Source: Nemertoderma westbladi
Lineage: Eukaryota; Animalia; Xenacoelomorpha
Direction of reading: 5' to 3'
Assembly: GCA_032718475.1 (NCBI GenBank)
Contig: JAUCBJ010001327.1
Location: forward strand, 6,209-70,208
Length of the DNA: 64,000 nucleotides
In this document: positions 13,751 through 27,031 of the stretch, in pieces
Layout: the number at the start of each line of letters is the position of its first letter
How positions within the stretch are numbered: position 1 is the stretch's first letter
Made by a program: the position numbers and the translations under genes
Notes under the pieces: generated by a model
What the model saw: the letters and a program-made list of their open reading frames with translations, nothing else
Databases searched by the model: none
What the model was told of the DNA's origin: nothing

Positions 13751-16306
13751 CGTAGATGTTTTTAGTCTAGTATTTACACCCAAAAAAACTAAAATAAATG
13801 AAAATATAATCCCTGCCGATATTTTGCATCAAAAACTTTGATTAATCATTAAAGAGGTTAAGAAGATTATTAATAACAATACACCACATCGATAGATGGC
13901 ATATCTCATTCAGATGAAATAACAAAATTTTGACGAAAATATGTCAGCTATTTATATAACTCCCTTTACAAAAATACAAACAATATCAACTAATTGATAG
14001 GCCTTATCGGACTCAATACTGCCACACAGCTTGGAATGCACTATTGCTGCTGGAAAAAATGCTTGAAACATAATTTTATCAATGTTCCTCATCATGAATT
14101 TACTTCTGTAATTGTAGTGTCAAAATACGCGCAAGACTCTCCGCTTTCAATTGAAATAAGCCGCGTGAGAAATGATTGAGATTAATTGTGTATTTGAATG
14201 GATTGAAAATTACTCTCCATAGAAACCAAGATAAGAAAATCTCAAAGCACTTTGTAGTGACGTCAAATCTGTAGCAGCCAATCACATCCGATTTTCAAAT
14301 TGGCTTCCCGCCATTTTGACCGTTTCCTCGTGTTCTTACAAAAATCTACCGCTACTCGATCCAGGGCAACTTTTTACCCATTTTTCAATCTTTTCAATCG
14401 CTTCTAGCCCAACAATTATTCGTGCACCTACCCTATTAGCAACCATACATACCACTGTCAAATCAAGGGTCAAACTACTATATAATAAATTCTAGAACAA
14501 TAAGAGGTTATTATTAGATTTACATTGGGAGAATTAAATTTCCTAGGGGGCAATTTTCTTGGGGTCAAATATCCGGCGGAAAATTATCCTGGGTGGCAAA
14601 GGACATCGAGGACAATTATTGTTAGACAGGTAATTTTCGTCGGGGCAATTGAAATGTTGACGGGGAGCATGTCCTAGGGTGGTATTAACTTCCTGGTACA
14701 ATTAATAGGCCGGGGGGGGGGGGGGGGGGGGGGCAGTACCATAATTTACATATAAATTCATTTAGCTTATAAAGGAGTAGATGGAATGGATATTTATTTC
14801 CCTGAGCAAAACTGCAAAAAAGAATTGAAATAATTTTTTGCACTTGTAACCTAGTTTGGTACATCCGGTGCATCCTTATTATTAAATATTATTATTTAAT
14901 GTTATAAATATAATTGTTAAAATATAATAATTATTATGGCAAATTAAGAGCAATAATTTGAATAATTAACTGCCCAACGGACAACGCACATAAATATTAA
15001 TAATGAAGTTGTAGGGAGGGCCTAAGAGTTTTCGTTATACATGCGTTCAACACACTTGAAGCAATAAATATAATTTACGAAAATAATGTACTTATATTAA
15101 TTTTGGGTAATCGAAATGTGAATTTAATATGAATTTTGGAATTAAATGATATTTATACGATCGCTACGCCGTAGTAATTACTCATATTCCCAAATTAATT
15201 TCGTTGCTTCGTACTTTGCATAATTCAAAAGGCCTTGAAGTTACATGCGGCCAATAGGATTAGTTGATTAATCAGAAACACAATCTTTTACGCCTAGCCT
15301 AGTCTCTGTCTCACCAGAGAGGTTGAGTGTTTTTGAAATTACGCCCAGGAATGTTTCCCGCGTATATTGATTTCTCGATTATGCTTCGTAAATATTTGAA
15401 TTGTATTAAAACAATATTACGGTAAAACGCCGTAATTAGAATATCCAAAATATTTGAAATGTCACCATTCAAATTACTAACTTCTATACGATAGGTTTTT
15501 ACTCGTTAAATTCTATGTGGTTCCTAAAGTTATCATTCTTCATTTTCTTTACGAATTTTTTTTTTTAGTTACATATTATATTAATTTTGGGTTGATTTAT
15601 AAAAAAAATTTATAATAATCGTCATACAAACCGTTATCACAAAACACGTTTGCTTATAAACAAACACCAGTTATAGCTTGCCTACATGTATGCATCCATG
15701 TGCAATACCTCTTCAAGTTGTTCATGGATTAACATTTGTCACAAAATTGTCATGTTACAATTTGAATAAAACTACATACATTCTTTATTAGTTACATACA
15801 GTTAATATTAATAAGTTAATTCGTGAACCACTAATAAATAAGCACTACTGATGGTAAATGTAGTTGGAAATAGGAAATAATATTAGGGAGTAGGAAATAA
15901 TGTTTGTAAAAGCTTTGATTTTGTCGTTATAACGACGAGCTTTTAGCAAAAAAATAGTTGTTGCATGTTCCAGTTGAATCCACGTTTCCTAATGGTTATA
16001 CGTTTCAAACGTCAGCCAATGATTTTGTCTCAATTGAGCTTTAAGTGATGCATTAATATCATCTTGGTGCATTAGCTTAGCAATGCACCGTATTAAGGGG
16101 AGACAAATTTTATTGTTATAATGTATAAAATAATTAAAAACAAACATTGCAAACAATAGGGAGATAAAAGCCAATTTAAATTACACAGGGAGAATTTGTT
16201 TGTTATGAAGTAATAGTTTCATGACAACATTTTAATTTCCCTGTGTCTTCAATGACCAGTTGCGCAAGATCGGTCTATTCCTACAGCAGCAGCTGGGCAG
16301 TGGATA

Positions 16307-17682
16307 GGCAGAAGGTAATCAACCAACGGCTAGCCATGCAGACAAGGTTGGTGGAAGGTAATCAACCAAAGGCTAGCCATGCAGACAAGGTTGGTGGAAG
16401 GTAATCAACCAAAGGCTAGCCATGCAGACAAGGTTGGTGGAAGGTAATCAACCAAAGGCTAGCCATGCAGACAAGGTTGGTGGAAGGTAATCAACCAACG
16501 GCTAGCCATGCAAACAAGGTCGGCGGAGGGTAATCAACCAACGGCTAGCCATGCAGACAAGGTTGCTGGGAGGTAATCAACCAACGGCTAGCCATGCAGA
16601 CAAGGTTGGTGGGAGGTAATCAACCAACGGCTAGCCATGCAGTCAAGGTTGGTGGAAGGTAATCAACCAAAGGCTAGCCATGCAGACAAGGTTGGTGGAA
16701 GGTAATCAACCAAAGGCTAGCCATGCAGACAAGGTCGCCGGAAGGTAATCAACCAACAGCTAGCCATGCAGACAAGGTTGGCGGAAGGTAATCAACCAAC
16801 GTCTAGCCATGCAGACAAGGTCGCCGGAAGGTAATCAACCAACAGCTAGCCATGCAAACAAGGTCGGCGGAGGGTAATCAACCAACGGCTAGCCATGCAG
16901 ACAAGGTTCCTGGAAGGTAATCAACCAACGGCTAGCCATGCAGACAAGATTGGTGGAAGGTAATCAACCAACGGCTAGCCATGCAGACAAGGTCGGTGGG
17001 AGGTAATCAACCAACGGCTAGCCATGCAGACAAGGTCAATGGAAGGTAATCAACCAACGGCTAGCCATGCAGACAAGGTCAGTGGTAGGTAATCAACCAA
17101 AGACTAGCCATGCAGACAGACAAGGTCGGCGGAAGGTAATCAACCAATGGTTAGCCATGCAGACAAGGTTGGCGGAAGGTAATCAACCAACGTCTAGCCA
17201 TGCAGACAAGGTCGGCGGAAGGTAATTAACCAACGGCTAGCCATGCAGACAAGGTTGGTGGAAGGTAATCAACCAACGGCTAGCCATGCAGACAAGGTTG
17301 GCGGAAGGTAATCAACCAACGGCTAGCCATGCAGACAAGGTCGGCGGAAGGTAATTAACCAATGGCTAGCCATGCAGACAAGGTCGCCGGAAGGTAATCA
17401 ACCAACGTCTAGCCATGCAGACAAGGTCGGTGGGAGGTAATCAACCAATGGCTAGCCATGCAAACAAGGTCGGCGGAGGATAATCAACCAATGGCTATCC
17501 ATGCAGACAAGGTCGCTGGGAGGTAATCAACCAACGGCTAGCCATGCAGACAAGGTCAGTGGAAGGTAATCAACCAATGGCTAGCCATGCAGACAAGGTC
17601 GGCAGAGGGTAATCAACCAACGGCTAGCCATGCAGACAAGGTCGGCGGAGGGTAATCAACCAACAGCTAGCCATGCAGACAA
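16307..17682. repeat. Minisatellite, 43-bp unit GGAAGGTAATCAACCAACGGCTAGCCATGCAGACAAGGT(T/C)GG(T/C), about 32 copies
   Basis: Direct tandem repeats with period 43 (AACCAA at 16321 and 16364) and scattered substitutions. Confidence 0.97.
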
Positions 17683-17684
17683 CA

Positions 17685-18820
17685 AGATGCACGGTTGCTT
17701 GATGCCAAAGGCCTTGTGCTGCATGGAAGGGTGAACGTAACGTTTAGGCTGAAAACCTTCCATCAAAGATTGGACATAAGGTTGGCGGTAGGCGGTGAGG
17801 TCGGCATCCTCCAGCGCTATCGCTTCGTCCTCACGCCGTTCTTTCTCTCTAGCCTCAGCTTGGAGATTGGAAAGGAAATCCGAGAAGGATTGTAGGTCTC
17901 CCTCGGCGATGCTCCATTTTATGTAATTTCTTTAAGGCTCGTACATCCACGCCGAATAAATCGCGCTCATATCCTCCATATGTGAAACGCGTATAACTGT
18001 GCTTAGGGAAACGTCCCGTGAATGTTTCCCTACAGTTATACGCGTTTCACGTATGGAGGATATGAGCGCAATTTATTCGGCGTGGATGAACGAGCCTGTT
18101 TGAATTGACCAGTCGGCCCCATCATGCATGGTCATAATGGTTTACTTGTTGGTTAGGGTGTGGTCAGTCGTCACAGTAATACCATAATTTAAAGTCCTGG
18201 TGACTTACGTGTGGAGTTCGGGAACCAGTTTTGCAATAATCCTCCATAGCGTTGAAACGATCTGGCAACACGGGTAAAGGTCTATCTGCAGTTAAGTACA
18301 TCATTGTGTGGTACAAACGTTTGAGTTCCGCTATTGGATCGGGGTGGATGCCTTTGGGGTAATGAGTTTGTTGGGTTTGGGCTGCCGCCACATTTAAATA
18401 CGTTTCTCTGAGGAAGGTAAGTAAATCCTGAAATATAGCCGCGTTGTCGCTAGCTTCTACATCGTTCGCTGACATGGTGTCCCGAATCGCATCTTCCTTA
18501 TCCATCTGGGCGGTATTCTCTCATTGTCTTCGTACATGATAGCGCCACATTTCCATATCTTGCCGCTCATGAACGTCTTCGGAGTATATGAGGTCGTGTG
18601 GATGTCCGGATATAACGAATGGTTTGTATGATCCATCGATTTTGGTGTATCTGTTCATGAAGGCGCGATAGTGAAGTCTTTTTGATATCTCTATGGGGGA
18701 CATTAGCGGTTCCATATACTGTTGTGGTGCTCCGGGTGTCAACAGGTCCTCCATCATCGCTCTCATACCTCGGTAATATTCCTCTGAAAGTTGTTGTCGC
18801 TGCGTATTGATATTATCCAT
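17685..18820 (-). pseudogene. Element A copy of the accessory ORF (N-terminal part, disrupted)
   Basis: ORFs 18521-18820 and 18164-18505 are in one frame separated by a TGA. They align to ORF 39286-40044 (FLRETYLNVA...YPxGIH...ELKRLY.TM.YLTA.RPLPV.PD.F..ME.YCKTG...LWYYCD). Translation of ~17690-17830 (EDEAIALEDADLTAYRQPYVQSLM...HPSMQHKAFGIK) aligns to EEKHIEMDEREEAALAQPEAQILM...DPSMVPHFGDK in ORF 40474-41217. Confidence 0.85.
17935..18097. mobile_element. Small (~160 bp) near-perfect palindromic MITE inside the element A accessory ORF
   Basis: AGGCTCGTACATCCACGCCGAATAAAT... pairs with ...ATTTATTCGGCGTGGATGAACGAGCCT over ~75 bp with a short loop. No clean TSD; it sits at a deletion junction. 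Confidence 0.75.
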
Positions 18821-19336
18821 TGAATCGTCTTAGAAGTATCCATTATTGTTATTATAAATAAACAATCGAGGCAACTAAAGCTACTGTGATACCGTCTGGG
18901 GTTTCACATGTAAGCGGATTCAATTCCCTGCACTACCCAGAAAGAAAGTAGAGAGGTCATAAACCATCTCAAAGGGGCTAGCAGGGCTAGCACGTTGGGA
19001 TAGTGGCAGCAGGGAGTGGCGAGATGGAAATTAATCGGGTAAGTCAATGATGGGAGGAGAAATCAGGTGATTGGAACGCATCTATTGGCCAGGCCGCTCA
19101 ATACAGTAGCAGTGATTAATATGTGTTAACAATATAACCATTGTACTTGTGGGTTATGATTCACTTGGTATCTGTAGAGTTGTGAGACCGGAACGGTTTT
19201 TAACCGTCGTCATTACCGTGCTATTATATTCTGACTGTGCTATTATTATGTTCTGTGATTATAACAACTGACACTAAAAACTCAGTTATTCCAACAGCCT
19301 TCGGCCTCAATATCCAGACCACAGCCTTTCAGCAGC

Positions 19337-22300
19337 CTACGGACGCAGCGACTCGTATAATACCAAAACAACACACCGGTCAGGGTTTAGCAACCAACTC
19401 CTAGGTCCCATCACATCGCATCTAATGTAATCTACAATCCCGACGCCTTTGTCGCTCACGTCACCGAATACATGGAGTTTGTAAGTCTGCAGGGAGTCTA
19501 CATTTGGGAAATATGCTCTGGGTAGAGAAAACTTCTCCAAGTAAGGTAAGGACCGTTCCCATCGCCACCAGTCTTCCAATAGTGCCCCTGTCAAGGGGTC
19601 GTCCCAACAATCATTCTCCTTCCACATTCGCTGAACGAGATCTCGAGCTAGTAAAATAACTGGACTGATAAATCCAAGAGGGTCGAAATAGGTGCTAAGT
19701 ATGCTGAGGCAAATACGTTTGGTTCGAATTTCACCCTTTCTTAACTTGACTTTAAATACCATAGTATCGCTTTCTGTTAGCCAACGAAGTTCTAACATTT
19801 TAGCCTCTGGCAGGTCGTCCTTGTTTAAGTCTACCCAGTGAAAAATGCGCATGCATATCCCAAGTGTTTTTAAAGCATCATGCGTTTTTATTGCGGCTCA
19901 ATAAATAGCGATAAAACTCTTGTGATGTGCATGTGAATCACATGTAAAATAGGGAAGCGATTCCACGCATGCAATTCACAACTTATTTTACGCATGTGAT
20001 TCCGTGCGTGAAAATAGCATGGGAATCACACCTCATTCAACGCTTATTTTACGCATGTTTTACACCATGATAATCTCATGCGTTAATTCAAATGCGAATC
20101 GCATGAATTTAATTACACCAAAGATTATTAATTAAAATAAAGTTGCCTAACAAGAAATAAATAGTTTTAAAATAAAAAATTGATGAATATGAATTATCTA
20201 ATATGGCTGTCGAATTCAGGAGATTATATAAATTTATTTTATAGAATTGAAAATTATAGGGAATAGTTAAAAGTGTATCATAGTTATTCTAATCTATTTG
20301 TATTATCCTTTATATAAACAACAATTTCTAGTATTGATTCATACAGCATGTTTAATGTTCTATGTCTAGAAGGTGTAATGTAATGTAATGTAAAGGTTAA
20401 AGTACAGTAGGCAGATGGTACGGAAACCCATAGTATCACACAGTAGTGGAATAATCAACTACTGTATCATATTTTCTGACACAAGGTCTAAATATATTAC
20501 ACAAAAATCCCAACCAGTAGATTTTTGCGATATTTATGCGTCATGATGCTTGAAAGTCGCAAGTGAGTCACAAGCATGTGAGTTTTATGCGTCTGGACGC
20601 AAGTTGTTGTGATTTTTATGCGACTTAACGCAAGTTGTTGCGACATTTATGTTACATAACTCAAGTAGATCGTTTGCGTAAAGGTCGGGCCATAACTCTT
20701 GGGAATCACATCAGATACGCCTGCGTTGCACGCTTGCGATACGCTTGCGCACTTTTCACTGGGTAGTTCGGTATCATCATGCTCTGCAGGGGGTATAGCC
20801 TTCAGAAACTCGCGGGAATTGCTAGTGAATTTCGTAATGCGAAATCCTCCAAGTTTCAGGCAGTTTACTGTCCCTTGAGCAATGTCTATGGCTTCCTTAA
20901 CGGTCGGGGCTATTTCAAGTTATTGTTCATGTAAATATCCCTTTTGATATTATCTACGATGGATGGTGGAAATGTATCCCGATTGTCGTCAGCTGTTACG
21001 TGTAGCACTGAACATGAGTTCGATGGGCTGGAAATGATACCGAACGCTTGAATGGTCATGCGATGCTCTACTGGATCAGAATTTAAGTCTCCTTCTGTCC
21101 ACCACAAGAAATGCATGCTGTCCCGGTCAATATCTAATGCTTTAACTTGCAGGAACATACCCTTTATGTCTGAAGCAAAGGCAATGGCATATTGTCACAT
21201 GCACATTAATATTCCGGGTAGAGACTGCAACAAGCTGGGTCCGGGTAGTAGTTCCGAGTTAAGGGATTGTCCTTGGTACTTAGCCGAACCATCAAACACT
21301 ACCCTAATACGTCCTGGTTTGTCTTCCCTTTCAACATAATGGTGAGTAAGGTAGTATATCCTGTCAGTCTTGGGGGTGTCTGGTGGGACCAGTTACGCAT
21401 ATCCCTTGCTTATGAATTTAGTCATTTGCTCCTTGTATAACTCATGAGCTGTCGGGTTGGCGGTGAGACACCTTTCCAGTTGTAAAATGCGTTTATGCGC
21501 AAGCGTCTCGTTATTAAATAGTTTGGGTTGGGGGGACCGCCAGAGAAGCCCAACTACGTATTTGCCTTGTTCCGGTAAAAACCTAGTTGTGGTTCTCTGA
21601 ATCTGTTTTGCTCGCTCCTCTTCCACTGACAATGCCTTGTCGTTGGAGTTTTGCTCAAGTATTTCCTGCTGCATCAATGTGATGGTATGCTCTTTGAGTT
21701 TTAAGATACGCCTGGCTTCCTCAAGCTCATTCAGTTCTTGCTGCAGGTCAGGAGGTGCATGCAGTAAATTACACAACTCCAACTGGGTGCTGAGCAATTC
21801 TTGGTCGGTCATTAGGGACACAATGTCGGATTCACTGTACCTTGTAAGGAAACAGTCTTGGTCTGAGGACAGGGATGCGTCACTATCACTGTCGGTTTGG
21901 TCAGGGGTAGTAAATATGTCCTCTTCAGTCTCTACGGTCTCATTACAGGGGTGGGTTACTAAATTGCAAGTGTCGGTGTCTGTATTTGTCGGTCCTTTCC
22001 GTTCTAATAGAGTTTTCCGGGAAGGCCGATACAGAACCATCCCACTCTCGCCCGACAGGCGGAGGCTGATATTGGTTCCGGATGTCTGGGTCCCGTTTCT
22101 CCAGAATATCTAAAGCCTCGGGTACATTTTGGCTTATCAACATCTGTACGCCTGGGTAGTCTGGGGTGAAACGGGGAATGTTATGATTGCGTACAAGGGC
22201 GTCATCATCCCAGTTGTAGGCTTTGGTCTTACTTTTGGCAAAATTCCGGTTGATGACCATCTTGATGTTAGAGACCCTGTCCCGGCCACTGGTATCTTGC

Positions 22301-25300
22301 GGGGTGGACAGGGATGCCTTATAGAACTTTGTCTCAATGGTAGATTGCCAACGTTTCATTATCCCAGATAATTTTAGTTTCATGTCATGGCCCTGTTCCC
22401 TGGCGAACAAGGATTCTGCTAACTCTGCGTCTATGAAGGTGCCCGTACTTCCGGTATCTATTAAGGCATTTACCACAATGCTACTACTTCCCGCGTGGAG
22501 CCGGACTTGGAGCACCGGGAACTCTCTGACTCCGACATCCTGAAATGACTGGGTGCCGGGATTGTTCTCCAATTTGAAACAATCTTCCGATGCGGGATCC
22601 TCATAGGCAAAGGCTTCATACACACTGACGTGGTTATAGCATTCATCGTCGTCAGTAAACCGTCCGTGATAGAATATCCGTGCTCGTAATCGGTGAAGTG
22701 TGCACGTTGGTCAAGCTCTTCCTTCAGGGTCTGGTCTAGGTGTAGCAAAGGGTGATGGGAGCCCTGACATACTGGACACGTTTTTACGTTCATTAGCCCA
22801 CACTTACATCTCAAATGTCCCGGTCTAAGACACAAGAAGCATGTCGACAAGTCCAAAACCGTCTTTCGTCTCTCCTTTTGTGTCTTTTTTAAGAAGGTGT
22901 TGCATCTCGCAAGTGGATGTGCGTCTATTTTACAAAGGGGGCACTTAAGGTTGGTGGTGCCGGCTGTGATTGTGTTATAGGTCTCCGTGGTCGCCTTACG
23001 ATTATCCACATATGCTTTCTTGGGGGCGCTATTAGCCTTGGAAGGAGGCATCCTCCTATTTGGTTTGTCTTGGCCACTGTGTTTATTTTCACCTCTGGAG
23101 TTCACGTCACCGTAATATATGCTTTCACATCCCTCGTTGTCAGAACCAGAATGATCAGAGGGACACTCTTCATAGTTGGTGACATAAGCGTATCGCTTCT
23201 TGGTTGCTGTCTTATCAGTGTTTTTTATGTCTGAACGGGTGCTTTTTTCCCGGTTCATTGTGATAAGATACGTGGAGGTTTCGGCCTTCAAGAAACTTCT
23301 AAACGAGTCCATATCAGGGAAACATCCGTGTTTAAGTTTGTAATTGTAAGTGTATCGATCCTATCTGGTCCCAGTGGAGCCCTTTGGAAGCGCACTGGAA
23401 ACAAGCTGTACTGTCATGATTGTATTGTACACTTGTTTCTGCCCTAGCCAATCAAGCTGGCAACAAATTTCCTCGACTTCATCTCTAAACTCTACGATCC
23501 CGTTTTGAGTAGATCTATTTTTAGAGATTAATCTGTCATACATGTTGCGTGCCAAGCTTTCTTCATTGGCATACCGTTCCTTTAGGGTATCCCAAACAGT
23601 GTTGATGCCGTCTACATGGCCCACATATTTTGCAACCATCTGTTTAGGGGGTCCTTCCAGACAACTAATTAAATATCTAAGCTTCTCACGTTCACTTAAT
23701 GGCGATTCTAGAATACTGTCTTTGCAGAACTCCGCAAAGGGTAGCCATTTCAGTTCGTCACCATCAAACTTTAAAATTTGACCTGAGGAGACGCACTGTC
23801 GAGCCTCATTCCTAGCCATATGTCTGGTGAGGTCGGTTTGGACTGCCGAAGAATTTAATAAAAGGTCGGTTAGATATGAGCTTTGGTCGTTCTGATGTAC
23901 TGTATTCTCGGCATGAATACCACTCACATCGGAGGCACGTTTTAAAATTTTTACACCCAGCAAGGGCTACACCCTCAAGAGTCGTCGTCGTCCAGGGGTC
24001 TTGGTTGCTTGATATTTTGTATATAACGGTGGGCGTTATGTAGGCTGGGACCTAACAGGGGTGCATAGGCCTCTGAAGGTGAAGGAGGGTCACCTTGTGG
24101 GAATGCCTCACCTGGGATGTCTGGCGCAAATCTGACTCCACTTCTGGGGTAGGCTTCCCTTTGCTTGTTAGGGGGGACTGATATCCGACCGCCAGATGAC
24201 AACTGCGTTCCTAGTCCCGGATGCCGGGTCCCCACTGGTGCCATTGCTTTTGTGGCTAAGTGGGTCGATCCAGGTTCCAGGTGCCTGTCCTCAAACTGGT
24301 GTTGACGGTTATAGTACATCATTCACTTTCACATCTTTCACTAGCATTGGTGGAGTTTCCTTCATCCGACGAAGCATAAGTCCATCTAATCGGCTGGTCT
24401 CATCCTCCAGTTGAGTGTACTCTTTCCTTACATTGATTTTCACTTAACCTTTTTAGCATTATTTTGTTTTTTAAAACTAGATCGGCCTCCGTGAGTTCGT
24501 TTTCCAGCTGCTCGGCTTCTAACTGCAGCCTAGCTGTTTCCTTGGCAATTTCTAACTTTATTTCAGCAGCGCGCTTACTGGTTTTATTACTTAGCTGGTT
24601 CGCGCTTAGCTGTAACTCCATTTCCAAGATTTCCTTATCAGCCTTATGTCCCTCTATCTGTGCCCGCAGGTCGCGCTCAGCGTCTATGTCATCTAGGATG
24701 GCTGCTGATTCAGGGCTGGAGGGGGCCAAACCCTTTAACCTCCTACGAAGTTCGGTCTCTCCTACCACAGCTATTTAAGACTGTAGATAATGGGATATTG
24801 CATCCATATCCTCATCTTCCTTGGAATCCTCTGAGTACGTGCGCAGATTGCTCGGTGCTACGGTACCGGAACAGGCTATATCCACACCTGGGGGAATGGT
24901 CGGCCCATGAAGCTTTTCAAGGGTGAGTGCCTTCCCAGCTATTACTGCTACTTCAGCTAACTGTCTGCAGACTATAGCAGTGAGCTCCGCGTCATGATAT
25001 CTACTAGATACATCCTGAAGGCGGATAAAAATAGCCGGATTCTGCAGACCAGTTCCTTAACCTTAAAATATGCAACTGGGTTCGTCCTAGGGTCAGGCTG
25101 CACGGTCTGTAGCTCATGTGTAAGGGTTCCTATATGCTGATTGAAGTCAGCTACATGGTCATAAACTAAAGCGGACAGCTCTTCCGTGCTGCATGGAACC
25201 TGGGGAACCTTTAGTTTGTATAGGTCTGACCATGCCATATCATCGAACCGGAAGAACTTACGAAGTTCCGGGTGGGCATAATGTAGATTTATTAAGTGGT

Positions 25301-25370
25301 GTAATTCCTCCCCATAAACTTCCTGTTCAGAAGCTCCAGTTCCGGTTGCCACCCTTTCCGGGTAACTCAA
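19337..25370 (-). pseudogene. Element A gag-pol (DUF1759-type Gag, zinc knuckles, aspartic protease, RT, start of RNase H), multiply frameshifted
   Basis: KFDGDELKWLPF/EKLRYLISCLEG (Pao Gag); CPLCKIDAHPLARC, CFLCLRPGHLRCKC, CPVCQGSHHPLLH; ALIDTGSTGTFI; MFLQV and DIYMNN (YMDD mutated); TKRICLSILSTYFDPLGFISP and LHVFGD. The integrase region is absent. Confidence 0.92.
19834..20763. mobile_element. Non-autonomous DNA transposon, CCCAG-ended (probably CMC/EnSpm type), inserted in element A pol
   Basis: TIRs CCCAGTGAAAA...TTTTCACTGGG flanked by TA on both sides. Pol coding sequence resumes across the insertion. Subterminal (C/T)GCATG-rich motifs. Confidence 0.85.
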
Positions 25371-26167
25371 CTAATAATGTCAAATTAAACTACAGTCACA
25401 CAAGTAAACTCTTTGACCCAGTCAATAATTCGCACGGAAATGCACCTGGAATAGTTGCACTCGCACAATGCCGCACAACAGAATTTACCAATGTTATTAT
25501 AATACTATAACACATCAAACCAAACTACAGTATCACTCCAAATAATCGCGGGATTGTCTATATTATCTTTTGTCAATAACGCAACTTTACGCTTCACATG
25601 TCGCCAGCCCATGGATTACGCTGCCCGCAGGGAACGCAGGTCTAACAGCTCAACACGTTCGGAGCATTACACATCGTGGACAATGTAATGTTTTAAATCC
25701 CTTAACAATTCGTCGACAAAGCATTCAGTTCTCAATATCAAATAAAATAAAAACATGTGCAAATAACACAACACTAGTTATACACGTTATTGAAGTAGTT
25801 TACTTACACGGAAACCGCTGAGTGAAGTAGGTATAATAAACTGCGCAGTTTTATTATAGCCCACTACCACAGTGCTCTTGGTGTTCGAGATGTTAATGTA
25901 ATTAATTGTACAGGGAGGTGAACACTGTCTTGGGGGCAGTGTTGGGAAGCAATGTTTCGCTGTCAAGGCTTTTATGGGGGGCTGACCTACAGATGCCGTC
26001 TGTCTGTAACTCTTATGAGTGTTATCAAGTGCCTTGGGGTACCTGCCGCATAGCAGGAACACTCACGAAAGTATGTATGTATATATATATTATCTAATAT
26101 ATATATCTGAACTATATTGTGTTGTTGGCGAGTAAATGTACGTGTGGCTTACGTATATTACAGGTAG

Positions 26168-27031
26168 TGTAAAAGCTTTTGCGGACATAACTAGTAATTT
26201 TTACGCAATGCGCAGAATACTCTAAAATAGCCCTAAAATTGTTCAACTACGCGTCGGAAAGAAATTAGAACCAAGATGACGAAATCTATCAGCTGATTCT
26301 TTGTGTACGTGGAGGTTTCTTTCTTCAGGCTTATTCAGCCAATCAGAGCAATCTTCCCCATTATGCCAGTAGAGACCTACCTGAGGAAACTAGTGCAATG
26401 CATTATGGTTATGGTTTTTCTGAGAATTAGATTCATCTCAGAATTCTGTACTAACTATGGTCGTTTCAGACTTTGGCCCAGGAACATCTGATGGCCTTAG
26501 TTATAAGAATGTAAATCTATTAACTGAATCACCTTGTCATTTGACTTAACTCAATTCATATCGCATTTCATATAACTGAACACATACTGACTGTTCACCG
26601 CACTGTTTTACTGCTGTTTTATATTGTGTTGATTGTTGTTTATTAATGGATGTTATATTTGGAGAATACCGATAAATAATCATAAACCCCCTCAATCTTC
26701 TTGATTACTGAGGTAAGCGGAGAAAGAGTCTACCGGTAGCAACTGCGACTTAAATTATAGTGGTTTTTGTGTGAATTAAATGCTATTTCATAATCCTACG
26801 TTATTATATAGTAGCGATCAATCGAATAATACAAAGTAGCTTATACCGCAATACTTCTTAAGGAACCCGAATCCAGTCTCCCACACCATGGGTCATACGC
26901 CGCGCACGGACTGGCTTCGGCAGATGAAACTTCAGTACACCAGGTAAGTGGTAAGGGCTAAAGTCGATTCATAATCAAAAGCACAATTAAAATTGGCAGG
27001 TTAAACTGCTAAAGGTCTGAAAGCGCGAACA
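26168..27031 (+). repeat. 5' LTR of element B (864 bp, ~260-bp internal deletion relative to the 3' LTR)
   Basis: TGTAAAAGCTTTTGCGGAC...AAAGCGCGAACA matches 43583-44702 except for a block missing at ~26801. Confidence 0.95.

Larger units (their letters stand above)
17685..25950 (-). mobile_element. BEL/Pao LTR retrotransposon relic (element A), divergent subfamily; LTRs not clearly recognisable
   Basis: Contains fragmented gag-pol and the same accessory ORF as elements B and C. Boundaries are approximate. Confidence 0.85.

Noticed and set aside
13067-13783. Three overlapping ORFs (YTYA/TPTP/LHLH-rich)
   Set aside because: Artefacts of a stop-free hexamer repeat, open in all three minus frames.
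16307-17682. CRISPR-like or coding repeat
   Set aside because: The 43-bp period is not a multiple of 3, and variation is point substitution rather than spacers. It is an ordinary minisatellite.
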